Source: an uncultured Candidatus Binatia bacterium
Lineage (GTDB): Bacteria > Desulfobacterota > Binatia > UBA9968 > JAJDTQ01
Assembly: GCA_965213675.1 (NCBI GenBank)
Contig: OZ243916.1
Span: 3,776,001-3,840,000, forward strand
Direction of reading: 5' to 3'
Length of the DNA stretch: 64,000 bases
The position numbers and the translations under genes were made by a program. Positions 20,157 through 28,570 of the stretch are shown here, in pieces. The notes beneath the pieces are model-generated. The model searched no databases. It was not told the DNA's origin and was given only the letters and a program-made list of their open reading frames with translations. Every line of letters begins with the position of its first letter. Position 1 is the first letter of the stretch.

Positions 20157-21611
20157 ATGCTGCACCCCATGAAGGACATTCACTTCGTGGACACTACCCT
20201 GCGGGACGGGCCGTCGAGTCTCTGGGCCATGGGCATCCGTACGGACATGATGCTGCCCGTGGCCGCGCGGATGGATGAGGCCGGCTTCCTGGCCATGGAG
20301 ATCATCGCGTCGGCGTTTTTCAAGAAGTGCGTGCGCGAACTCAAGGACGACCCTTGGGCGCGGGTGCGGCGGGTGAAGGAGCGAGCGCCCAGAACGCCGC
20401 TTCGAGGCATTCGCAACCGCTACATGGCGGCGTTTCAGCACACGCCGCCGGCGGTGCAGCAACTGTGGCTCGAACGCCTCGCGGCCAACGGCATCAGCGA
20501 GTTGCGGACCTCCGACCCGTCCAACACCCCGGCGGTGTGGGCTGAGCAGGTGCGCACCGCGACCGCAGCCGGCCTGGAGACCATCGTCAACCTGATCTTC
20601 ACCATTTCGCCCAGGCATACCGACGAGTACTACGCCGAGCGCACACGCGCGGCCGCCAGGCTGCCAGTGAAACGCATCTGCCTCAAGGACCCGGGCGGCC
20701 TGTTCACGCCGGAGCGGACGCGGTCGCTGGCTCCGGTGGTGCTGGAAAACGCCGGCGCCGTCCCCGTGGAGTTCCACACCCATTGCAACAGCGGCCTCGG
20801 ACCCCTGTGCACCCTGGACGCCATAGAGGCCGGCATCCCCATCATCAACGCCGCGCTGCCGCCGCTGTCGGACGGTTCGTCCAACCCATCGCTGTTTCAC
20901 ATCGCGCACAACGCCCGCGTCCTGGGCTACAACCCGGTCATCGACGAGGACGGCCTGCGGCCGGTGTCGGAGCACTTCACGCGGGTGGCTCGCGAAGAAG
21001 GGCTCCCCACCGGGGAGCCGCTCCACTACGATGCCTACCACTTCCAACACCAGGTGCCCGGCGGGATGATCTCCAACCTGCGGCACCAGCTTGCCAACAT
21101 CGGCATGGGCGAGCGTCTCGGCGAGGTGCTGGAGGAGGCGTGTCGTGTGCGCGAGGAGTGGGGCTACCCCATCATGGTGACGCCTTACTCCCAGTTCGTC
21201 GGCAGCCAGTGCGCCATCAACGTGATCCTGGGCAAGCGCTACGAGCAGGTCACCGACGAGGTCATCCTGTATGCCATGGGCCACTGGGGCGAGGAGGAAG
21301 CCGCGTCCATGGACGCCGACGTGCGCGACCGCATCCTCGACCGCCCGCGGGCCAGAGAGTTGCGGAATTGGCAGCCCCCCGACACCTCGCTCCAGGAAGC
21401 AAGGTCGAAGATCGGCGGCCCGGGCGTGTCCGACGACGAGCTGCTGCTGCGCTATTTTACGTCCGAGGCGGACGTGCGCGCCATGCAGCAGGCGCCGCCC
21501 CGGTCAGCGAACGGCGGCGGTCTCGTGGGCCTGATCCGGTCGCTGACGGAGCGCTCCCAGACCAGGCAGATCCATATCCGCAGACCCGACCTGTCAGTGC
21601 GGCTGGGGTGA
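20157..21611 (+). CDS. Stand-alone pyruvate carboxylase B/oxaloacetate decarboxylase alpha-like carboxyltransferase (no biotinyl domain)
   Basis: DTTLRDG, CLKDPGG, HTHCNSG, HQVPGGMISNL, GYPIMVTPYSQFVG; no EAMKM. Confidence 0.88.
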   Translation: MLHPMKDIHFVDTTLRDGPSSLWAMGIRTDMMLPVAARMDEAGFLAMEIIASAFFKKCVRELKDDPWARVRRVKERAPRTPLRGIRNRYMAAFQHTPPAVQQLWLERLAANGISELRTSDPSNTPAVWAEQVRTATAAGLETIVNLIFTISPRHTDEYYAERTRAAARLPVKRICLKDPGGLFTPERTRSLAPVVLENAGAVPVEFHTHCNSGLGPLCTLDAIEAGIPIINAALPPLSDGSSNPSLFHIAHNARVLGYNPVIDEDGLRPVSEHFTRVAREEGLPTGEPLHYDAYHFQHQVPGGMISNLRHQLANIGMGERLGEVLEEACRVREEWGYPIMVTPYSQFVGSQCAINVILGKRYEQVTDEVILYAMGHWGEEEAASMDADVRDRILDRPRARELRNWQPPDTSLQEARSKIGGPGVSDDELLLRYFTSEADVRAMQQAPPRSANGGGLVGLIRSLTERSQTRQIHIRRPDLSVRLG

Positions 21612-21718
21612 ACCATCCCGCCCGGCGCCGCCGGCCCCGCTTTCCCGAGTGTGGCAAACCTTCCCGGCGTCGAAGCGTCAGGGCCATCCACCCGGAAGCG
21701 GGAACCGGGACTCCGCCC

Positions 21719-22759
21719 CTACGCGAGCCCGTAGAACCGCTTGGCGTTGTCGCAGAGGATCTTCCGCTTGAGGTCCGATGACAGGTCCGGACGTTCCAGG
21801 AACTCGGGAATGTCGGTGCCGAACTCCGACACGGCCTTCTCGTGGGGGTAGTCCGAGGGGTACATCAGGCAGTCCTCGCCGAACTCCCGCGCCACCACGT
21901 CGAGGATCCTCTCGTCCAACTCGCAGGTGACGAAGACGTTGCCTCCCTTGACGTATTCGCTGGGGAGCTTCTTCAGTGGGAAGTGCTTGCGCTTGCGGTC
22001 CACGTGAAACTTGTCGTCCATGCGCTCCATCATGTATGGGACCCAGCCGGCGCCGGCCTCCAGGTAGCCCACCCGCAGCTTCGGAAACAGTTCGAACACG
22101 CCGTCCAGCACCATGCTGGTCATCTGGATCATCTGCGCGATGGGGTGCTCCAGGGTGTGGATCATGGACATGGTCTGGAGGAAGTCGAAGCCCATGCCCT
22201 GGCTCGGCGCGCCGTGAATGGCCAACGGGGTGTCCAGCCGTTGCGCCTCCTCGTAGAGAGGATGGAAATCCGCGTGGCCGAAGCCCTTGTGCAACACGTT
22301 GACAGCGGGCAGCAGGCCGCCCACCATGCCTTGCCCGGTCACGGCGTGGCGCAGCTCCTCCACGGCCCGCGGCACGTCGTGCACCGGAAGGATGGCGACG
22401 CCCTTCAGACGCGGGCTCGTGCGCGTGTATTTGTCGTGGAACCAGTTGTTGTAGGCGCGCGCCAGGGCGCACGCCCAGTCGGCGTCCTGGATCAGGCCGA
22501 AGGCCAGCCCGGCGGTGGGATAGAGCACGGCCGCGTCGATGCCCGCGCCGTCGATGAACTCCAGCCAACCCTCCGGGGAGGTCTGGCTGGCCTTCTTCAC
22601 CCCCTTGACCGCGCCCCGGGGCCAGCCGTCCAGCGACGGGAACAGCCCGAACACCCTGTGCCTGCGGTGCCCCTCGTACGGGCCTTCGAAGTAGTCTTCC
22701 AGTTCGTCGTTGTCCTCGAGAATGTGCCCGTCGGCGTCGATGATGGGAACCTTGTCCAT
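21719..22759 (-). CDS. Amidohydrolase_2 family protein
   Basis: IDADGHI, YNNW, LEAGAGWVPY, SDYPH; SD GAGGAGG. Confidence 0.9.
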   Translation of the reverse strand: MDKVPIIDADGHILEDNDELEDYFEGPYEGHRRHRVFGLFPSLDGWPRGAVKGVKKASQTSPEGWLEFIDGAGIDAAVLYPTAGLAFGLIQDADWACALARAYNNWFHDKYTRTSPRLKGVAILPVHDVPRAVEELRHAVTGQGMVGGLLPAVNVLHKGFGHADFHPLYEEAQRLDTPLAIHGAPSQGMGFDFLQTMSMIHTLEHPIAQMIQMTSMVLDGVFELFPKLRVGYLEAGAGWVPYMMERMDDKFHVDRKRKHFPLKKLPSEYVKGGNVFVTCELDERILDVVAREFGEDCLMYPSDYPHEKAVSEFGTDIPEFLERPDLSSDLKRKILCDNAKRFYGLA

Positions 22760-22835
22760 GGATCGGTCCTCCTCGGTGGGGTGTCCCACGCTGGCTCACT
22801 GGCTCCAATATGCGCCGAGTCTCAGGTTGGCTCCC

Positions 22836-22998
22836 AGGAGCCTGCGCCGCGGGAAGTCACGGCTGTCAATCCGCTCTCATCCGTCCCTTCGGCCGCTCGA
22901 TTTCGTCAAGCAGGACCTGAACTTCTCCTGAAGTCACCGGCCGGAGGGACGACGATAGCGAGTCTTCGCTTTCGCGAATGACTGCGGGGCAAGCTCCC
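22836..22998. mobile_element. MITE family A, full-length (163 bp)
   Basis: TIR AGGAGCCTGCGCCGC / GCGGGGCAAGCTCCC; reverse-oriented homolog of 24163-24325. Confidence 0.85.
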
Positions 22999-23100
22999 GG
23001 GGCGAAAAGCAACAAGGTATCGGATAATTCGAGCAAAGCAAGAGCCGGTGAATTCCCGGATGCCGTTCGCGCGGCGCGAGGGGTCGCGGCATTCTCCTCC

Positions 23101-23129
23101 TTGACATTGCGGGCCGGTCTCTCTAACTG
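23101..23129 (+). promoter_or_regulatory. Putative sigma70 promoter of LLM gene
   Basis: TTGACA-17bp-TAACTG, ~40 bp upstream of GTG start. Confidence 0.45.
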
Positions 23130-23168
23130 TTCGGGATCAACCCGCATCGAATCAGCGAAGGAGTCAAT

Positions 23169-24164
23169 GTGAGTCTCAAGCTTGGCATCACCATCCCCAC
23201 GTACACTTGGCCGGACATGGACTACCGCATGGCGCGCACCGTGGTGCAGGACTATTCCCGGCGCACGGAGGCGCTGGGGTTCGATTCGCTGACGGTGTGG
23301 GATCACCTGACGGACGCGCCCGGGCTCTACGGCGGCTCGTGGATGGACCCGCTCATTTGCCTGTCGGCGGCGGCCGCGTGCACCGAGCGCATCAAGCTGG
23401 GGACCCACATCCTGGTGCTGCCGTTGCGCCATCCCGTATTGCTGGCCAAGGAGATCGCCACCCTGGACTACATTTCCGGCGGGCGTTTCTTCTTTGGCGT
23501 GGGACCGGGCTGGAGCAAGCCCGAATTCGACGCCATGGGCATTGACCTGCGCGAGCGCGGGCGCCGCACCGACGAGATCCTGGACGCGGTGAAGCGGTTG
23601 CTGACCGAGAAGCATGTCTCGCACAAGGGCGCGTTCTATGAGTTCGACGACGTCACCATCGACCCCCTGCCCCCCAAGTACCCGGAAGTCTGGGTGGCGG
23701 GCGGCTCGCGCATTCCCGACAAGCTGTCGCCGGACAAGCCCTACATGGTGAAGACCGTGATGCAGCGCATCGCCAGGCATGCCGACGTCTTCACGTGCCG
23801 CGCCTCGGGCAAGCTGGAGTGGGTCAGGCGCGACTTCGATACCGTGTCCGAGTTCTTGAAGTCCGTGGGGCGCGATCCCGCCACCCTGGGCTTCGGCCAC
23901 GTGCAGGCCACCTGGGTGGTGGACACCCAGGACCCGGAGGAGGCGCTGCGGCTCCAGCGTCCCCACATGGAGCGCATGATGGGCAGCAACCGGAGTTGGG
24001 AGCACCTGCAGGAGTGCTACATGGTGGGCAGCATCGATCAGATTGTGGAAAAGCTCAGGATACTCGAGAACGCCGGCATGGAACACGTTACCCTGCAACC
24101 CGCCGGCCCGGACATCGAGCAGGTGGAGTTGATCGCGGAGAAGATCAAGCCACATTTCGCCTAG
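23169..24164 (+). CDS. LLM-class flavin (possibly F420)-dependent oxidoreductase
   Basis: GFDSLTVWDH, IKLGTHILVLPLRHPVLLAKEIATLD..SGGRF, VWVAGGS. Confidence 0.9.
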   Translation: MSLKLGITIPTYTWPDMDYRMARTVVQDYSRRTEALGFDSLTVWDHLTDAPGLYGGSWMDPLICLSAAAACTERIKLGTHILVLPLRHPVLLAKEIATLDYISGGRFFFGVGPGWSKPEFDAMGIDLRERGRRTDEILDAVKRLLTEKHVSHKGAFYEFDDVTIDPLPPKYPEVWVAGGSRIPDKLSPDKPYMVKTVMQRIARHADVFTCRASGKLEWVRRDFDTVSEFLKSVGRDPATLGFGHVQATWVVDTQDPEEALRLQRPHMERMMGSNRSWEHLQECYMVGSIDQIVEKLRILENAGMEHVTLQPAGPDIEQVELIAEKIKPHFA

Positions 24165-24325
24165 GAGCCTGCGCCGCAGGAACTCGCGAAAGCGAAAATT
24201 CGCTATGGCCGTCCCTTCGGCCGCTCGATTGAGGAGAAACTCAGGTCAAATTTGACGAAGTCGACCGGCCGAAGGGACGGATGAGAGCGAATTTGCCGCG
24301 GTGCATTCCTGCGGCGCAAGCTCCT
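24163..24325. mobile_element. MITE family A, full-length (163 bp), overlapping the LLM stop codon
   Basis: AGGAGCCTGCGCCGCAGGAA...TTCCTGCGGCGCAAGCTCCT; nested inner IR GTCCCTTCGGCCG/CGGCCGAAGGGAC. Confidence 0.88.
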
Positions 24326-24358
24326 GGCGCGGTCGTCCGGGGGACAGGAGAACCGAAC

Positions 24359-25057
24359 GTGCGGACTTTGAACCTGACAGTGGTCGACGCCGGCGGCGGC
24401 CGCTCGGAGTTGGAGTTTCCGGTGGCGCGTATCCTGGATGCGGGCTTTACGGGCAAGAACCGGGAAGGGGCCATGAAGCACGTGGAGGAACTCAAGGCCC
24501 ACGGCGTGGCCGCGCCGGACCGCATCCCCGCCTATTTCGCGGTGACCCGGGAGATGGTCACCACCGACGATGAGATCGAGGTGCTGGGCGACGACACTTC
24601 CGGCGAGGTGGAAGTGGTGTTCCTGTTCCAGGGAGACGAGGTCTACATCGCCGTGGGCAGCGATCACACGGACCGGGAGCTGGAGAAGGACAGCATCCCC
24701 AAGTCCAAGGTCATCTGCCCCAAGGTGGTTTCCCGTGAGGTATGGAAGCTCGCGGACGTGAAGCCCCACTGGGAAAGGCTGAAGCTCCAGAGCTGGATCG
24801 ATGTGGGCGGCGCGCGCACCCTCTACCAAGAGGGGGCCTTGGCCGACTTTCTGACCGTCGACGACTTTCTTGACGGCGTGAGGGCCGTCGTGAAGGATGG
24901 GGCGCTGGACGGAATGGTGCTCTACATGGGCACCATGCCCAGCCTGGGCGGCGAGTTGCTGTTCTCGCCCACCTTCGAGGGACGCCTTTCCGACGAGGTG
25001 CTCAAGCGCGAACTGTCGCTCCGCTACCGCATAAGCCCCATCGACTGGCTCGCGTAG
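24359..25057 (+). CDS. DUF2848 family protein
   Basis: AGFTGKN..HVEEL..GVAAP, TSGEVE, VGSDHTDRELE, SKVICPK, YQEG; SD AGGAG before GTG. Confidence 0.85.
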   Translation: MRTLNLTVVDAGGGRSELEFPVARILDAGFTGKNREGAMKHVEELKAHGVAAPDRIPAYFAVTREMVTTDDEIEVLGDDTSGEVEVVFLFQGDEVYIAVGSDHTDRELEKDSIPKSKVICPKVVSREVWKLADVKPHWERLKLQSWIDVGGARTLYQEGALADFLTVDDFLDGVRAVVKDGALDGMVLYMGTMPSLGGELLFSPTFEGRLSDEVLKRELSLRYRISPIDWLA

Positions 25058-25123
25058 CCGCCCGGGCGGCTTGCACCCATAAGCGTTTCGAGGGACCGAG
25101 GAATCGAGAAATCGAGGAATATT

Positions 25124-25921
25124 GTGAGCGACCCACCCGCACCACCGATTCGTGTCGCCTCCATTCAGATGGGCATGGACGACGAGGGCAAGGCCTCCAA
25201 CATCCGGCGCGCCGCCGCGCTCATCGACGGTGTGGACGGGGCCGACCTGATCCTGCTGCCGGAAATCTGGAACGTCGGCTACTTCGCCTTCGACAACTAC
25301 GGCGCCGAGAGCGAGAGCCTGGCCGGCCCCACCGTGTCCATGCTGTGCGAGAAGGCCGCGGCCAAGGGCGTCTTTCTCTTCGGCGGCAGTTTCGTGGAGG
25401 AGGACGGCGGCGCCTTCTACAACACCAGCGTGCTCATCGACCGCCAAGGCGCAATCATCGGCACTTACCGCAAGATCCATCTCTTCGGCTACCAGTCCGA
25501 GGAAGCGCGCCTGCTGACGCGGGGCCAGACGCCCACGGTGGTGCACACGGAACTGGGCAGGTTCGGCTTGTCCACCTGCTACGACCTGCGCTTTCCGGAG
25601 TTGTATCGCCAGATGGCCGTGGCCGGCGCGGAGGTCTTTCTGGTGGCCTCGGCTTGGCCCTATCCGCGGCTCGAACCCTGGCTCCTGCTGAACCGGGTGC
25701 GCGCGCTGGAGAACCAGGTTTACCTGGTTTCCAGCAACTGCACCGGCAGCAACCGGGGCAAGGCCTTCGTGGGGCACAGCACCGTGGCCGATCCGTGGGG
25801 TACGGCATTGGCGGCCGCGGGTGACGGCGAATGCATCGTGCGGGCCGAATTGGATCTGGCCCGGATACCCGGGATCCGGACGACGTTTTCGGCATTCAAC
25901 GACCGGGTCCTGCTTGACTAG
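25124..25921 (+). CDS. Carbon-nitrogen hydrolase (nitrilase superfamily amidase)
   Basis: Triad motifs LPEIW, YRKIHLF, TCYDLRFPE; RALENQ. Confidence 0.92.
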   Translation: MSDPPAPPIRVASIQMGMDDEGKASNIRRAAALIDGVDGADLILLPEIWNVGYFAFDNYGAESESLAGPTVSMLCEKAAAKGVFLFGGSFVEEDGGAFYNTSVLIDRQGAIIGTYRKIHLFGYQSEEARLLTRGQTPTVVHTELGRFGLSTCYDLRFPELYRQMAVAGAEVFLVASAWPYPRLEPWLLLNRVRALENQVYLVSSNCTGSNRGKAFVGHSTVADPWGTALAAAGDGECIVRAELDLARIPGIRTTFSAFNDRVLLD

Positions 25922-26082
25922 TGTGGTGTCTGGTTAATACGCGTCATAATGTGCGGAGGATTTTTAGTTGTCGGCAAGGCGCGATGACGAGCAGTGGCGT
26001 GTACCACGCGAGGAAGAGCAACGCAGCCGACGGCGAAAAAGACCCGCAGATTATGACGCGAATTAACCAGACACCACACTAG
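25918..26082. mobile_element. MITE family B (165 bp incl. terminal CTAGs), long imperfect palindrome
   Basis: CTAGTGTGGTGTCTGGTTAAT...ATTAACCAGACACCACACTAG; left CTAG contains nitrilase stop; homolog at 60514-60679. Confidence 0.88.
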
Positions 26083-26148
26083 GAGCTTGCGCCGCAGGGA
26101 CGGATGAGAGCGGATTTGCAGCCGTGAATTCCTGCGGCGCAAGCTCCT
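26081..26148. mobile_element. MITE family A, short form (68 bp)
   Basis: AGGAGCTTGCGCCGCAGG...CCTGCGGCGCAAGCTCCT perfect 18-bp TIR; shares CTAG with MITE B. Confidence 0.88.
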
Positions 26149-26193
26149 GGGACAACCCGGATCCATTGCCACTTGGACAAAGGAGAGGAACAG

Positions 26194-26547
26194 ATGCCCA
26201 AGGAAGAACGAGAGTTTTTCAACACCGACACCATCGACTGGCGCCCTGTGGGAGCCGGGTCGGGAGCCACCGCCGAAGGGGTCATGGAGAAGATCCTGAG
26301 CGAGGACCCGGACACGGGGGACTACGCCCGCATGGTCAACTTCCCTGCCGGCGTGGAAACCGACGAGACCGTGGTGCATGACTTCTGGGAAGAGGTCATC
26401 ATCCTCGAAGGCAGCCTCATCGACACCCGCCTCAACCAGGAGTTCACCAAGGGCATGTACGGCTGCCGCCCGCCGGGCATGGTGCACGGCCCCTACAAGA
26501 GCCCCAACGGCTGCATCACCTTCGAATGTCGCTACTACAAGAAGTGA
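26194..26547 (+). CDS. ChrR-like cupin domain protein
   Basis: HDFWEEVIILEG, CRPPGMVHGP; SD AGGAGAGGA. Confidence 0.85.
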   Translation: MPKEEREFFNTDTIDWRPVGAGSGATAEGVMEKILSEDPDTGDYARMVNFPAGVETDETVVHDFWEEVIILEGSLIDTRLNQEFTKGMYGCRPPGMVHGPYKSPNGCITFECRYYKK

Positions 26548-26620
26548 CTCCAGCCGCGGGGCCGAGGCAATGTCCTGCGTCACCGGGCCGCTGACATGAC
26601 GATGCGAGTCCTGTTTGCCG

Positions 26621-26704
26621 CGTTCGTCCCGAGTTCTTCGACAGTGCTCGGAACGGGGCCTTCGACAACGCTCAGCACAGGTTCAGCGTAGCGAAGTCCA
26701 AGGA
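26621..26704. repeat. REP-like repeat (CGTTCGTCCCGAG..CTTCGAC..GCTCAG..CGAAGTC.AAGGA)
   Basis: Related copy at 48715-48773. Confidence 0.6.
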
Positions 26705-26882
26705 CTGGCATGCCGGATCATTGCAGGCTGCGGTCCGGTGACTGGCGCATCTTGTACAGGATCGAGAGAAGCGAGTGGCGCATTCTGGTCATCAAGATCG
26801 CTCCCCGAGGAGGAGTCTATCCGTGAAGCCTCAGATCATCACGAACAATGAGCCGAAGCCCGCCTTCGCGGTGATTCCCTAC
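26701..26882 (+). pseudogene. Remnant of RelE/ParE-type toxin (C-terminal half) plus first 20 codons of antitoxin
   Basis: RLRSGDWRILYRIERSEWRILVIKIAPRGGVYP* overlapping (GTGA) VKPQIITNNEPKPAFAVIPY. Confidence 0.75.
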
Positions 26883-26890
26883 GGCGCAGG

Positions 26891-28570
26891 CTACCAGGGT
26901 TTCAGATCCCCCTCCTCAAACGGAATCGGCTTCACCACCGGCTTCACTTCACCCCCGTCCTTCACCACCGAAATCCAGTTGAGGCAGTGCTGGTCGTCCC
27001 GTTCGGGGTAGTCGTCGCGGGTATGCTGGCCGCGTGATTCCTTGCGTTCGAGGGCGCAGGAGGCGACCATTTCGCCCACCCAGGAGAGGTTGGCGCATTC
27101 GAGGGACTTGATGAGGCCGCGGATGTTGCCGGCCTTGAGGCGCGGCACCTTTTCGTGGCGGATCTCCCGGAAGCGTTCCAACCCGGCGGCGAGGCCGCGC
27201 TCGTTGCGCACCACGCCAGTGCTCTCCCAGGCGATGTCCTTGATCTCTTCGTGCAGCTCGGCGGGGTCGAGTCCGTCCTCGCCCTTGAAGGCCTCGATGC
27301 GCGCGGCCTCGGCGGTCAGTTCGCCCGGCTCCAGCGCGCCCATCGCGGCGTCCGCCCCGTAGATGGCGGCGTACTTGCCTGAGCGGGCGCCCAACGCGAA
27401 GGCGCTGGCGATGGCGTTGCCGCTGAGGCGGTTGGAACCGTGGGTGCCGGTGGCGGACTCGCCCGAGGCGTAAAGCCCCTCGACTCCGGCCACCTCGCAA
27501 CGTTCGTTGATGTCGAGTCCGCCCAGGAAGGTGTGCAGCGCGGGCACCCACTCGAACCGGTCGGAGCGGGCGTTGACGCCGGCCTTGCCGAGCTTGGGAG
27601 TGTACTCGAACTGGATCTCGTCGTCCCATTTGTCGTCGGGGATGTAGGACGGATCGATGTAAACCGGGCCGCGCCCCTCGAGCATCTCCTTGTAGGTGGC
27701 GCCTACCAGGATCGCACGGGTGGTGCCTTCCAGCCGCGCCGGGTCGTATCGCTCCAGGAAGCGCTCGTTCCGCGAGTTGAAGAAGCGCCCGCCCTTGCTG
27801 GTGAAGGGAGACAGACCGGCCATGGAAATGGCCTGGCCGCCGGGGGCCGGGATCAGCGTGAACTCGAGGAATTCCAGGTTGGCCAGAGGCGCGCCGATGT
27901 CGAAGGCCGCGACATAGGCGTCGCCGGTGGTGAGGAAGTTGGCGCTGGTGTACTTCTGGATGCCGATGGCGCTGCCCGCGGCCAGCACCACGGCGCGGGC
28001 GCGGTAGGCGTGGACCGTGCCCTTCTGGACGTTGATGCCGAAGGCTCCGGTGACGCGGCCGTTCTTGCGCAGGAGCCTCGTGACCATGGTCCACTGGTGC
28101 ACCCGCACCTCGCGGTTGAAGACCTCCTTGCGGAGGGAGCCCAGCATGCCCACGCTGCCGCCCACTGGCGGGCAACTGCGCGCGAACGAACTGCCCAGGC
28201 GCTTCTCCTGGTAGAACTGCTTGCCGTCGGGGGTCTTCTTGAAGTGGAGCCCCAGTTCTTCCAGCTCCACGACACGGTCGGTCACTTCGTCGACGATGGC
28301 GCGCACGATCTTCTGGTTGGAGAGGTAGTCCCCGCCCACGATGGTGTCGCGGAAGTGCATGTCCTTGCTGTCGCGCGGGTCGGCGTGGGCAAAGGCTGCC
28401 TGCGGGACGCCGCCCGAGGTGGGGCTGGAACCGCTCCGCCCGAGCCGGCCCTTGTCCACCAGCACCACGTCCATGTTGCGCTTGGAAGCCTCCAGCGCCG
28501 CCATGCACGCGGCCAAGCCGCCGCCGATGATGAGAACGTCGCAGTCGGTGATGGGGATGGCGTCGCTCAT
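26891..28570 (-). CDS. FAD-dependent oxidoreductase, SdhA/FrdA/AprA/NadB superfamily flavoprotein
   Basis: IGGGLAA, DKGRLGRSGSS, TGDA, EGLYASGE, HGSNRLSGNA, RKESRGQHTRDDYP. Confidence 0.9.
   Translation of the reverse strand: MSDAIPITDCDVLIIGGGLAACMAALEASKRNMDVVLVDKGRLGRSGSSPTSGGVPQAAFAHADPRDSKDMHFRDTIVGGDYLSNQKIVRAIVDEVTDRVVELEELGLHFKKTPDGKQFYQEKRLGSSFARSCPPVGGSVGMLGSLRKEVFNREVRVHQWTMVTRLLRKNGRVTGAFGINVQKGTVHAYRARAVVLAAGSAIGIQKYTSANFLTTGDAYVAAFDIGAPLANLEFLEFTLIPAPGGQAISMAGLSPFTSKGGRFFNSRNERFLERYDPARLEGTTRAILVGATYKEMLEGRGPVYIDPSYIPDDKWDDEIQFEYTPKLGKAGVNARSDRFEWVPALHTFLGGLDINERCEVAGVEGLYASGESATGTHGSNRLSGNAIASAFALGARSGKYAAIYGADAAMGALEPGELTAEAARIEAFKGEDGLDPAELHEEIKDIAWESTGVVRNERGLAAGLERFREIRHEKVPRLKAGNIRGLIKSLECANLSWVGEMVASCALERKESRGQHTRDDYPERDDQHCLNWISVVKDGGEVKPVVKPIPFEEGDLKPW

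Noticed and set aside
22836-26148. Clustered repeats as a possible CRISPR array
   Set aside because: Copies are dispersed, 68-165 bp, palindromic, lack regular unique spacers, and there are no cas genes
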